A program made the translations under genes and the position numbers. From an uncultured Lachnospiraceae bacterium (lineage in GTDB: Bacteria; Bacillota; Clostridia; Lachnospirales; Lachnospiraceae), in the NCBI GenBank assembly GCA_902778165.1, contig CACYWQ010000009.1, positions 13,781-77,780 of the forward strand: a DNA stretch of 64,000 bases, read 5' to 3'. Below the pieces are notes generated by a model. It was not told where the DNA came from. It saw nothing but the letters and a program-made list of their open reading frames with translations, and made no database searches. Every line of letters begins with the position of its first letter. Positions within the stretch are counted from its first letter, which is position 1. Below are positions 9,234 to 18,614 of this stretch, in pieces.

Positions 9234-10457
9234 ATGGCCAGATTAATGGAATATATCCGTGTAGCTTGGCGTAATCTTAAGTCCAACAAAGGACGAAGTC
9301 TGCTTACGATGCTTGGTATTATTATCGGTATATCATCGGTCATAATGATCATATCGGCGGGTGGCGGTGCCAAATCAACAATTAACGACTCGCTTGATTC
9401 GATGTTCTCCGGTATGGTGTACTTCGAGATTAAAGATGTGTCGGCTGCGGGATTTGATATGTTTACTGAAGATGATGTGCAGCTTGTCATGGACCATACG
9501 GATGATATTGTTAAAGGATCAACTTATAATTTCACGGTTCCCTGCACGGTCAGAACTATAAGGGGTAAATTCGATGCGACTGCGGACGGAGAGAATTCCA
9601 TAGGTGAATTCGTATCGACCAATCCCATCATCAAGGGCAGATATTTCACTCAGTCCGAATATGAATCGTCGGCCAATGTGTGTGTACTGTCTGAGAATAC
9701 GGCCAAGAAGATGTTCGGCACAACGGATGTCATAGGTAAGAACTTCTCGGCTACAATCAATAATACGGATACTGAATTGACAGTTGTTGGTATAAGGAAA
9801 GATCCCAAGTCAGCCGGAGCGATGAGCGCTCTTATCGGAGATGACAGCAGCATGAAGCTTGAACTGCCCTTCTCCTATATATCCCGCAACTGCGGATACG
9901 GAGATTATTACAGCGGCTATCTTCTTATCATCGCAGATAAGGACCATACATATGATGCAGCTAAGCGAGTTAAGAAGCTTATTGAGCAAAAACACGGAAT
10001 CACTGATTCTAAGGCGATAGTTACGCAGAACTGGACCGACTATGCCGAACAGTATGATTCAATCTTCAGTACAGTTACATTACTGGTATCAGTAGTTGCA
10101 GGCATTGCGCTTTTGGTCGGCGGTATAGGCGTTATGAACATTATGCTTGTATCTGTGACAGAGAGAACAAGGGAAATCGGTATAAGGAAATCGCTCGGTG
10201 CCAGAACAAAGGCAATCCTTATGCAGTTTATCGCTGAAGCATCATTAATTACTTTGATAGGCGGTGTGATAGGCATAATCTTCGGATTATTGCTTGCGAG
10301 TCTTATATGTGTTGCTCTTGGTACCAAACCTGCAATATCCGTTGGATCGGTATTTATTGCGACAATATTCTCATGCGGAATCGGATTGTTCTTCGGAATA
10401 TATCCTGCCAAGAAGGCAGCCAAACTTAATCCTATAGAAGCATTAAGACATGAGTAG
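9234..10457 (+). CDS. ABC transporter permease, MacB/FtsX type
   Basis: TM1, a large extracytoplasmic domain, then 3 C-terminal TM helices with ERTREIGIRKSLGA. The ATG at 9234 (MARLMEYI) lies just after the adaptor gene stop. Confidence 0.88.
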   Translation: MARLMEYIRVAWRNLKSNKGRSLLTMLGIIIGISSVIMIISAGGGAKSTINDSLDSMFSGMVYFEIKDVSAAGFDMFTEDDVQLVMDHTDDIVKGSTYNFTVPCTVRTIRGKFDATADGENSIGEFVSTNPIIKGRYFTQSEYESSANVCVLSENTAKKMFGTTDVIGKNFSATINNTDTELTVVGIRKDPKSAGAMSALIGDDSSMKLELPFSYISRNCGYGDYYSGYLLIIADKDHTYDAAKRVKKLIEQKHGITDSKAIVTQNWTDYAEQYDSIFSTVTLLVSVVAGIALLVGGIGVMNIMLVSVTERTREIGIRKSLGARTKAILMQFIAEASLITLIGGVIGIIFGLLLASLICVALGTKPAISVGSVFIATIFSCGIGLFFGIYPAKKAAKLNPIEALRHE

Positions 10458-10543
10458 TGATATAATAATAGATAGTTGGCAAGCACGGCAACGCGTGCAA
10501 ATATCGGTTATTATGCAACTATGCGAAGAGAAAAGGACCCAAT

Positions 10544-12017
10544 ATGCTTCTTACAGACCAAGGAATTAAAGATTTCAAAGATGAATATTTAAATAAAGGT
10601 TACAGCCTTCCTCTATATGATAGGGAGGCTGTTATCAATGTCACAAAGACATCGCCTGAGTGGATTCACTTCGGCGCTGGCAATATCTTCAGAGCCTTCC
10701 AGGGTAATCTGATGCAGAGGCTTCTTAATGAAGGTCTGACTTCTTCCGGTCTTATTGTCTGCGAAGGCTATGACTATGAGATTATAGATAAGATGTATAA
10801 GCCTCATGATAACTTAAGCATCTTAGCAACTCTTAAGGCTGACGGAACCGCAGATAAGTTGGTCGTAGCAAGTATAGTTGAATCTTTGATTCTTAACAGA
10901 GACAGTGTAAGCGATTTTGCAAGGCTTAAGGAGATATTCACATCTGATTTACTTAAGATGGTATCCTTCACTATAACTGAGAAAGGATATGTTGTATGTG
11001 ACAATATGGGCAATCCGCTGCAACCTGTTATGGCAGATATTAAGGCAGGCCCCGATAAGACTATGTCCTATATCGGTAAGATAGCCTCACTTCTGTATGA
11101 GAGATACAGATCCGGTGCTAAGCCCATAGCAATGGTATCCATGGATAACTGCTCTCATAACGGCGATAAGCTTAAGGATGCAATCCTGTGTTTTGCTAAG
11201 GGCTGGCAGGAAAACGGAGCAGATGACGGCGGCTTCTACAGATATTGTACGGACACATCCAAGGTATCTTTCCCCTGGAGTATGATTGATAAGATAACAC
11301 CTCGTCCCGATGATATGATTAAGGCTATGCTTGAGGGTGATGGAATTGAAGGCTTAGAGCCTGTGATTACATCAAAGAATACTTATGTGGCTCCTTTTGT
11401 AAATGCGGAAGAAGATGAAGGTATGTACCTGTCTTAATCCTCTGCATACAGCGCTTGCGATATTCGGATGTCTGTTAGGATATACGACGATACATGATGA
11501 GATGGAAGATGAGGATCTTCGCAGTCTCGTATATAAGCTGGGGCATGAAGAAGGCATGAAGACCGTTGTCGATCCGGGCGTTCTTTCACCTTCTGAATTT
11601 CTTGATAACGTGTTAACCAAGCGTCTTCCCAATCCTTTCATGCCGGATACGCCGCAACGTATTGCCTGTGACACATCACAGAAGATTCCGATAAGATTCG
11701 GAGAGACTGTTAAAGCATACAGGGCAAGGCAGGATCTTTCAACAGAGGACCTTACACTTATACCGCTTGTACTTGCCGGATACTTAAGGTATCTTAAGGG
11801 AATTGATGATGAGGGTAAGGCATTTGAACTAAGTCCCGACCCGATGCTTGATACTCTTAGAGAACTTAAGCCCTCTGAAGTGCTTGCTTATACGGAAGTC
11901 TTCGGCAATGATCTGTTTGCGGATTCATTGGGTGAACGTATTCTTAAGATATACGAAGAACTGGATGCAGGTCCCGGTTCTGTTCGCAAAGTACTTCATA
12001 AGACAGTCAATGCTTAG
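10544..12017 (+). pseudogene. mannitol dehydrogenase family oxidoreductase (fructuronate/tagaturonate reductase-like), disrupted by an internal deletion plus frameshift
   Basis: Two overlapping ORFs in different frames (10544-11437 and 11403-12017). The N-part carries WIHFGAGNIFRAF, FTITEKGY and MIDKITPRP. The C-part starts at the family motif KV..LNPLHTAL. Family homology switches frame near 11405-11415. Confidence 0.65.
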
Positions 12018-12472
12018 TATAAGATCACACTGCTGTCCGTGAGTACATCACCGTCATAACATAATTTAACCGAGAAAAAAGGAGAGTTCTGCAACAGAAG
12101 CTTAAGGAAGATCTTATCACCCTCCCAGAGTGCAAGATCCATTAGCTTATCCTTAGGAATCCAGGCAAGCTCTCCTTCGTTGCATTCTGTAAGCTGTCCA
12201 TGGAACTTATCGGATGTGAACACATAGATATATTCATAAGATCCGTCGGATGGAGAGAATGTGATGATTCCGCGCATCGTATACTCATCAAGACTAAGCC
12301 CTGTCTCTTCATAAACTTCACGGCATACGCATTCTTCGGGCGTCTCACCTGCTTCAAGCTTACCGCCGACCCCAAGCCATTTGCCCTCATTAATATCATG
12401 CTTTTTCTTATTGCGAAGCATCATCAGATATGAATCACCGTTGTCTATATAGCATATCGTTGTAAGACGCAT
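12014..12472 (-). CDS. Nudix hydrolase (MutT-like)
   Basis: Nudix box GGKLEAGETPEECVCREVYEETGL. Confidence 0.88.
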   Translation of the reverse strand: MRLTTICYIDNGDSYLMMLRNKKKHDINEGKWLGVGGKLEAGETPEECVCREVYEETGLSLDEYTMRGIITFSPSDGSYEYIYVFTSDKFHGQLTECNEGELAWIPKDKLMDLALWEGDKIFLKLLLQNSPFFSVKLCYDGDVLTDSSVILY

Positions 12473-12553
12473 ATTATTTGACTTCTCCTTATATACAGAT
12501 TACAATATGTGCCGTTAGACGTCAAAGAATTTGCCGTAAAGGAGGTTTTAAAT

Positions 12554-13423
12554 ATGTTTTGTAAGAATTGCGGAGCCCAATTGCCTGATGGATCAGAGTT
12601 CTGTGCGCAGTGCGGGACCAAACTTGTAACTAAGGCGGATGAACCGGCTAAGGCAGATAAGAAGAGGAAGAATCTTGTAGGTAAGATCCTTTTATTTCTG
12701 CTTGCTTTAATATGTGTGGCAGGAGCTTTTTTTGCAGGCCTTATGTATAATGGCGGAGAAGAAAAAGGGTGTTATGAAGGAGAAGGATTTGAATCCGCAG
12801 AGGAAGCAATGCAGGCATTTGCCGAAGCATTTGCAGCCAAGGATATAGATGAAATGTATGCGGATTGTGCGATAGAGAGCTATGTAAATGGATATGATTA
12901 TGCTGCTTATCATAACTGGATACGCGCTTATACCCCTGTAAGTAAATATGTATCGGGTTCGGATGAAGCAAGCGATCGTCTTAATTGCGAGATACGTCGC
13001 AATAATCTGACCAATTCATTCTATAACATGTATTTAACCGCATCATCGGATGAGGACTCACGTATACTTAAGGGTTTGACTATTCCAGAAGATGAAGAGG
13101 ATGTAAATTCAATACTGAAGATGTTAAAAGGACCTGATGCGATTGATGAGATCGAGGTTATAAATATCACTGATGCCGATGAGTATACTAACTTTACGGA
13201 TTCGATTAATAAGACGATTGATGCATATGAGGATATCTACGGCGGTAAACTTAAGCCCTTGGTTGCTAAACTTACCATTGATGGTGAAGAATGGCTGTTG
13301 TTTGCAGATGTAATAGAGTATGACGATCGATGGTATGTGCTTACCCCTCATGGATTAGGTGCTGCTTACCTTGGCATGCCCGTAACATCAGGCGGTATTA
13401 TTCGTGAAGATACTCTGCACTGA
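12554..13423 (+). CDS. zinc-ribbon membrane-anchored protein, unknown function
   Basis: AAGGAGG RBS 7 nt before the ATG at 12554. CKNCG...CAQCG zinc ribbon, one TM helix (ILLFLLALICVAGAFFAGLMY) and an extracytoplasmic domain. Confidence 0.7.
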   Translation: MFCKNCGAQLPDGSEFCAQCGTKLVTKADEPAKADKKRKNLVGKILLFLLALICVAGAFFAGLMYNGGEEKGCYEGEGFESAEEAMQAFAEAFAAKDIDEMYADCAIESYVNGYDYAAYHNWIRAYTPVSKYVSGSDEASDRLNCEIRRNNLTNSFYNMYLTASSDEDSRILKGLTIPEDEEDVNSILKMLKGPDAIDEIEVINITDADEYTNFTDSINKTIDAYEDIYGGKLKPLVAKLTIDGEEWLLFADVIEYDDRWYVLTPHGLGAAYLGMPVTSGGIIREDTLH

Positions 13424-13461
13424 TCAACTTAGAATGCGGGCGTCATAAATCTATATTTCTA

Positions 13462-13491
13462 TTGCCTGTTAAGGCTTTATTGTGCTAAAAT
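13462..13491 (+). promoter_or_regulatory. extended -10 promoter candidate for iorA operon
   Basis: TTGCCT, 18-nt spacer, TGcTAAAAT. Confidence 0.4.
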
Positions 13492-13492
13492 C

Positions 13493-13541
13493 GTACTGTC
13501 TGTTCGCATAGGAAAATATGCGTCAGACAGTACATTTTTTT
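13493..13541 (+). terminator. rho-independent terminator of the upstream gene
   Basis: Two-part stem GTACTGTCTG..CGCATA-ggaaaa-TATGCG..CAGACAGTAC followed by a T7 run. Confidence 0.7.
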
Positions 13542-13565
13542 AGGTATGTAAGGAGACGGAATTAA

Positions 13566-15323
13566 ATGGCTGAAAGTAAGATGATGCTCGGTAATGAAGC
13601 GATAGCCAGAGGTGCCTATGAGGCCGGAGTTAAGGTATCTGCGGCATATCCCGGCACGCCGAGTACTGAGATAAGCGAGAATCTGGTACAGTATGATGAG
13701 ATCTATGCTGAATGGTCACCTAATGAGAAGGTGGCTGTTGAGGTGGCAAGCGGTGCATCCATAAGCGGTGTACGTTCCATGGCATGTATGAAGCATGTCG
13801 GTCTTAACGTGGCAAGCGATCCCCTCTATACAATGTCATATATAGGTGTTAAGGGCGGAATGGTATTGGTTGTTGCCGATGATCCCGGTATGTACAGTTC
13901 ACAGAATGAACAGGATACCAGAATGATAGGCAGAGCGTCCATGGTGCCCGTCTTAGAGCCTTCGGATTCTACGGAAGCCAAGGAATATATGAAGTATGCT
14001 TTTGATTTATCGGAGAAATATGACACTCCGATGATACTTCGTACTACGACTCGTCTTGCGCATTCACAGGGACCTGTTGCGCTTGAAGAGAGAGTTGAGC
14101 CTATAGATATACCCTATGAGAGAGATATTGCCAAGCATGTTATGATGCCTGCAATGGCCATCAAGAGACACCTTGTTGTTGAGGACAGACTTAACCGTAT
14201 GGCTGATGATGCTACCGATATGAAGCTTCCTTCGGGAATTGCGCTTAACAGAGCTGAGTACGGTGATAACAAGATCGGATTTATTACATGCGGTATCGCA
14301 TATCAGTATATTAAGGAAGTAATGCCCGAGGCAAGCGTTCTTAAGCTTGGTCTTGTGAATCCTCTTCCTCTTAATCTTATTAAGGAGTTTGCAGCTAAGG
14401 TTGACAGACTCATCATATTCGAGGAACTTGAGCCCGTTATCGAAGAGCAGGTTAAGGCACTCGGCATTAAGTGTGAAGGTAAGGATCTCTTCACACGTCA
14501 GGGTGAGTACTCGGCCAATATGTTAAGAGAGAAGGTCCTCGGACTTAAGCTTGATATCGAGGAAGCCGAGAAGGTTGCGCCCAGACCGCCCATTCTCTGT
14601 CCCGGATGTCCTCACAGAAGTGTATATTCGGTACTTAATAAGCTTAAGATACATGCAGCAGGAGATATAGGTTGTTATACACTCGGTGCCGTTGCTCCTT
14701 TAAGTGTTGTTGATACAACGATATGTATGGGATCTTCAATCTCATCTTTACACGGTATGGAGAAGGCTAAGGGTAAGGATTACATCAAGAACTGGGTTGC
14801 CGTGATCGGTGATTCCACATTCTTACACACGGGTGTTAATTCTCTTATGAACATGGTCTATAACAAGGCAACGGGAACAGTGATCATCCTTGATAACTCA
14901 ACAACAGGTATGACGGGTCATCAGGATCATGCAGCGACCGGTAAGACCTTAAAGGGAGAGCCCACTTATGCGATCAACCTCTATAATCTCTGTAAGTCAA
15001 TGGGTATAGAGAACGTATATGAAGTAAATGCATTTGATATAGCAGAACTTGAGAGCGTTATTAAGCGTGAGCAGGAAAGAGACGAAGTATCGGTTATCAT
15101 CACCAAGAGCCCCTGTGTATTGCTTAAGGGTCAGGTATTCCCCGATAAGTGCGTGCCGATTCCAGAGAAATGTAAGAAGTGCGGTGCCTGCTTAAGACCG
15201 GGATGTCCTGCGCTTACACGTAACGAAGACGGAACAATATCAATAGATGATACCATGTGTAATGCTTGCGGACTGTGCATGCAGTTGTGTAAGTTTGAAG
15301 CAATTAAGAAGGAGGCAAAATAA
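13566..15323 (+). CDS. iorA: indolepyruvate ferredoxin oxidoreductase, alpha subunit
   Basis: TPP-enzyme N-terminus MLGNEAIARGAYEAGV. Two C-terminal 4Fe-4S motifs, CKKCGAC and CNACGLCMQLC. The iorB partner follows. Confidence 0.9.
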   Translation: MAESKMMLGNEAIARGAYEAGVKVSAAYPGTPSTEISENLVQYDEIYAEWSPNEKVAVEVASGASISGVRSMACMKHVGLNVASDPLYTMSYIGVKGGMVLVVADDPGMYSSQNEQDTRMIGRASMVPVLEPSDSTEAKEYMKYAFDLSEKYDTPMILRTTTRLAHSQGPVALEERVEPIDIPYERDIAKHVMMPAMAIKRHLVVEDRLNRMADDATDMKLPSGIALNRAEYGDNKIGFITCGIAYQYIKEVMPEASVLKLGLVNPLPLNLIKEFAAKVDRLIIFEELEPVIEEQVKALGIKCEGKDLFTRQGEYSANMLREKVLGLKLDIEEAEKVAPRPPILCPGCPHRSVYSVLNKLKIHAAGDIGCYTLGAVAPLSVVDTTICMGSSISSLHGMEKAKGKDYIKNWVAVIGDSTFLHTGVNSLMNMVYNKATGTVIILDNSTTGMTGHQDHAATGKTLKGEPTYAINLYNLCKSMGIENVYEVNAFDIAELESVIKREQERDEVSVIITKSPCVLLKGQVFPDKCVPIPEKCKKCGACLRPGCPALTRNEDGTISIDDTMCNACGLCMQLCKFEAIKKEAK

Positions 15324-15892
15324 TGGCAACAACAAATATTATGATCGTCGGAGTGGGCGGTCAGGGAACCCTCCTTACAAGCAGAATCTTAGGTAAGCTT
15401 GCACTTGCCGCAGGATATGACGTTAAGATATCAGAAGTACACGGAATGAGCCAGAGAGGCGGTTCCGTAGTAACCTATGTAAGATACGGAGATAAGGTCG
15501 CAGAGCCCATAGTCGAAGAGGGTCAGGCCGATGTGCTCATAGCATTTGAGAGACTTGAGGCATTAAGATATCTCCATTTTGTTAAGAAAGACGGCACCGT
15601 TATCGTCAATGACCAGCGTATGGATCCCATATCCGTGGTGACAGGTCAGGCCGAGTATCCCGAAGGAATAATAGAGACACTTAAGAGCAGACGTAAGACC
15701 ATGGTGGTTGATGCCATGAGTATTGCCAAATCCATCGGCTCACCTAAGTCATTTAACGTAGTGGTACTCGGTGCTTCAGCTAAGAGCATGGATTATACCA
15801 AAGATCAGTGGATTGAGGTTATTAAGAATACCGTACCTCCCAAGACAATCGATAAGAATCTTGAGGCATTTGAGGCAGGTTATTCATTATAA
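15323..15892 (+). CDS. iorB: indolepyruvate ferredoxin oxidoreductase, beta subunit
   Basis: The start shares one nt with the iorA stop (TAATG). GVGGQGTLL motif. Confidence 0.88.
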   Translation: MATTNIMIVGVGGQGTLLTSRILGKLALAAGYDVKISEVHGMSQRGGSVVTYVRYGDKVAEPIVEEGQADVLIAFERLEALRYLHFVKKDGTVIVNDQRMDPISVVTGQAEYPEGIIETLKSRRKTMVVDAMSIAKSIGSPKSFNVVVLGASAKSMDYTKDQWIEVIKNTVPPKTIDKNLEAFEAGYSL

Positions 15893-15950
15893 GATAAGGC
15901 AGTCAGGTCCTTAGGGCAGGACCTTGGATAATTAAGAAATGGAGAAAACA

Positions 15951-17249
15951 ATGATCTGGAATGAGACCAAGGAGTGTATGAGCCGCGATGAGATGACGGC
16001 GCTGCAGTCCGCAAGATTAGTAAAACAGGTAAACCACGTATATCATAATGTGGAATTCTACCGTAAGAAGATGCAGGAGGCGGGACTTGAACCCGGTGAT
16101 ATCAAGGGACTTGAAGATATAGAGAAGCTTCCCTTTACCACTAAGGCAGATTTACGTGATAACTATCCCTTCGGACTCTTCGCAGTTCCCAAGTCAGAGA
16201 TAGTCCGTGTGCATGCATCAAGCGGAACCACGGGTAAGGCTACGGTTGTAGGTTATACCAGACGTGATATAGATACATGGGCTGAGAGTGTTGCCAGATG
16301 TATAACAATGTCGGGACTTACCAGAGAGGATACCATTCAGGTAGCTTACGGATACGGCCTGTTCACCGGAGGATTGGGTGCTCATTACGGAGCAGAGTGT
16401 ATCGGTGCAACAGTTGTCCCTCAGTCAACGGGTAATACCAAGAAGCTTGTGACAATGATGTGTGATTTCGGTGTAACGGGTATCATGTGTACTCCGTCTT
16501 ATCTTCTTCACATTGCAGAAGTGATAAACGAGATGGGCCTTAAGGATCAGATCAAGCTTAAGTCAGCTATATGCGGTGCCGAACCGTGGACTGAGAAGAT
16601 GCGACTGCAGATAGAAGAAGAACTTGGAATAAGCGCCCACGATATATACGGCTTATCTGAGACAATGGGACCCGGTGTAGCCTGTGACTGTGAATATCAC
16701 AAGGGCTTACATGTATGGGAGGATTACTATCTTCCGGAGATAGTTGATAAGGATACGTTTAAGCATGTACCTGACGGAGAGACCGGTGAACTTGTAATCA
16801 CCAACCTTCAGAAGGAAGGCATGCCGCTTATAAGATACAGGACCAAGGACCTTACAAGCATCACGCATGAGAAGTGTGAGTGCGGACGTACCGCTGCAAG
16901 GATTTCAAGATTCAAGGGCAGAACCGATGATATGCTTATTATCCGCGGCGTCAATGTATTCCCTTCACAGATTGAGACGGCTTTACTTGAAGCAGGCGGC
17001 GTGGCACCTCAGTATCAGATCATCGTAGACAGAGTTAATAATCTTGATACTCTTGAAGTATTGGTTGAGATGGAGGAGAGTTCATTCTCCGATGAGGTTA
17101 AGGAGATCGAGGCGCTTAATAAGAGAGTAAGCCATGCGATCCAGCAGATGATAGGACTTGCCGTTAAGGTTAAGCTTGTTGCACCCAAGACAATAGAGAG
17201 AAGTATGGGTAAGGCGGTAAGAGTCATTGATAATCGTAAATTTGATTAA
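15951..17249 (+). CDS. paaK: phenylacetate-CoA ligase family protein
   Basis: ASSGTTGKATVVGYT AMP-binding motif. The MIWNE N-terminus is typical of the family. The ATG at 15951 has better RBS spacing than the one at 15939. Confidence 0.88.
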   Translation: MIWNETKECMSRDEMTALQSARLVKQVNHVYHNVEFYRKKMQEAGLEPGDIKGLEDIEKLPFTTKADLRDNYPFGLFAVPKSEIVRVHASSGTTGKATVVGYTRRDIDTWAESVARCITMSGLTREDTIQVAYGYGLFTGGLGAHYGAECIGATVVPQSTGNTKKLVTMMCDFGVTGIMCTPSYLLHIAEVINEMGLKDQIKLKSAICGAEPWTEKMRLQIEEELGISAHDIYGLSETMGPGVACDCEYHKGLHVWEDYYLPEIVDKDTFKHVPDGETGELVITNLQKEGMPLIRYRTKDLTSITHEKCECGRTAARISRFKGRTDDMLIIRGVNVFPSQIETALLEAGGVAPQYQIIVDRVNNLDTLEVLVEMEESSFSDEVKEIEALNKRVSHAIQQMIGLAVKVKLVAPKTIERSMGKAVRVIDNRKFD

Positions 17250-17263
17250 GGGGGTTATGGGTT

Positions 17264-17698
17264 ATGGCAGACGGATTTGTTAAACAGTTAACCGTATTTA
17301 TAGAGAACAGAGTCGGTACACTTGAAGAAGTGGCCAAGGTGCTTAAGGATAACGAGATCAATATCTATTCGATATCACTTGCAGATACAAGCGAGTACGG
17401 TCTCTTACGCATGATAGTATCCGATCCCGATAAGGGCAGTAAGGTCCTTAAGGATAACAGTTTCTCCGCCAAGGCAACAGAAGTGGTTGCGGTAAGGCTT
17501 GAGAATAAGGTCGGAACACTTGAGAATCTATTTAACACCTTATCGGGTGCAGGTATAGGCATAGAGTATATGTATGCTATGGCTACATCTGCAGAGGGCG
17601 CGATGATCCTTAAGACATCGGATGGTAATAAGGCAGTGGAAGTACTTAAGGGTGCGGGCTTCGGCTTACTTGATGAAGCCGGGATGTTCAGTCTCTAA
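17264..17698 (+). CDS. ACT domain-containing protein
   Basis: Two tandem ACT-like halves, VFIENRVGTLEEV and VRLENKVGTLENL. Confidence 0.8.
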   Translation: MADGFVKQLTVFIENRVGTLEEVAKVLKDNEINIYSISLADTSEYGLLRMIVSDPDKGSKVLKDNSFSAKATEVVAVRLENKVGTLENLFNTLSGAGIGIEYMYAMATSAEGAMILKTSDGNKAVEVLKGAGFGLLDEAGMFSL

Positions 17699-17714
17699 AG
17701 TCAGGCATGGTAAA

Positions 17715-18614
17715 ATGAGTGAGATTAAGAATGATTATATAGTCAGAGCTACGGCAGCAGGAGGCGAGATCAGGGCCTTTGCTGCCTATACTCTTAATAC
17801 GGTGGAAGATGCAAGGGATAAGCATAAGTTAAGTCCCGTAGCGACTGCGGCGTTAGGTCGAACCCTTACCGGAGCTGTTATAATGGGCACAATGCTTAAA
17901 TCAGATGACGATCTTATCACCATACAGATTAACGGAGACGGTCCCATAGGCAATATAATGGTGACTGCGAACAATAAGGGTGAAGTCAAGGGATTCGTCG
18001 GCAATCCTTCGGTGATGTTGCCTCCAAGCCCGGTGGGTAAACTGGATGTGGGAGGAGCCGTAGGAAACGGTGTGATGACGGTTATCAAGGATATGGGTCT
18101 TAAGGATCCTTATGCCGGACAGGTAATCTTACAGACCGGTGAGATAGCTGAAGACTTAACCTATTATTTCGCAACATCGGAACAGATTCCTTCAAGTGTG
18201 GGTCTCGGAGTGTTGATGAACAGGGATGATGCAACCGTAGCTCAGGCCGGCGGATTCATCGTACAGCTTATGCCCTTTGCATCTGATGAGACGATAGCTA
18301 AGCTTGAAGAGAATATAAGAGGTCTTGATTCGGTTACGGGTATGTTATCAAGAGGCTTAAGCCCCGAGCAGATGTTAGAGACATTGCTTAACGGATTTGA
18401 CGTTGAATTTACGGAGACTGTACCTGTAAGATTTCATTGTAACTGTGACAGACAGAGGATTGAGAAGGCACTTATCAGTATAGGTAAGGATGAACTTAAA
18501 TCCATGATAGATGACGGTAAGCCAATCACAATGAACTGCCATTTCTGTAATACTGACTATACATTCACTACCGATGAATTAAAGACCCTCTTGGCATCAA
18601 TAAAGAAGAAATAA
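17715..18614 (+). CDS. hslO: Hsp33 family redox-regulated chaperone
   Basis: C-terminal zinc centre CNCDR...CHFCNTDY. The ATG at 17715 (MSEIKNDYIVRA) lies after the ACT gene stop. Confidence 0.92.
   Translation: MSEIKNDYIVRATAAGGEIRAFAAYTLNTVEDARDKHKLSPVATAALGRTLTGAVIMGTMLKSDDDLITIQINGDGPIGNIMVTANNKGEVKGFVGNPSVMLPPSPVGKLDVGGAVGNGVMTVIKDMGLKDPYAGQVILQTGEIAEDLTYYFATSEQIPSSVGLGVLMNRDDATVAQAGGFIVQLMPFASDETIAKLEENIRGLDSVTGMLSRGLSPEQMLETLLNGFDVEFTETVPVRFHCNCDRQRIEKALISIGKDELKSMIDDGKPITMNCHFCNTDYTFTTDELKTLLASIKKK

Noticed and set aside
13462-13541. A transcription attenuator upstream of iorA (promoter followed by a terminator).
   Set aside because: The predicted +1 of the TGcTAAAAT promoter falls inside the left arm of the hairpin, so that transcript could not form the terminator. 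The hairpin is better explained as the terminator of the upstream gene, packed against the iorA promoter.
17622-17714. An N-terminal extension of hslO overlapping the ACT gene.
   Set aside because: The extension is not Hsp33-like and overlaps the ACT-domain CDS. The ATG at 17715 gives a canonical Hsp33 N-terminus.
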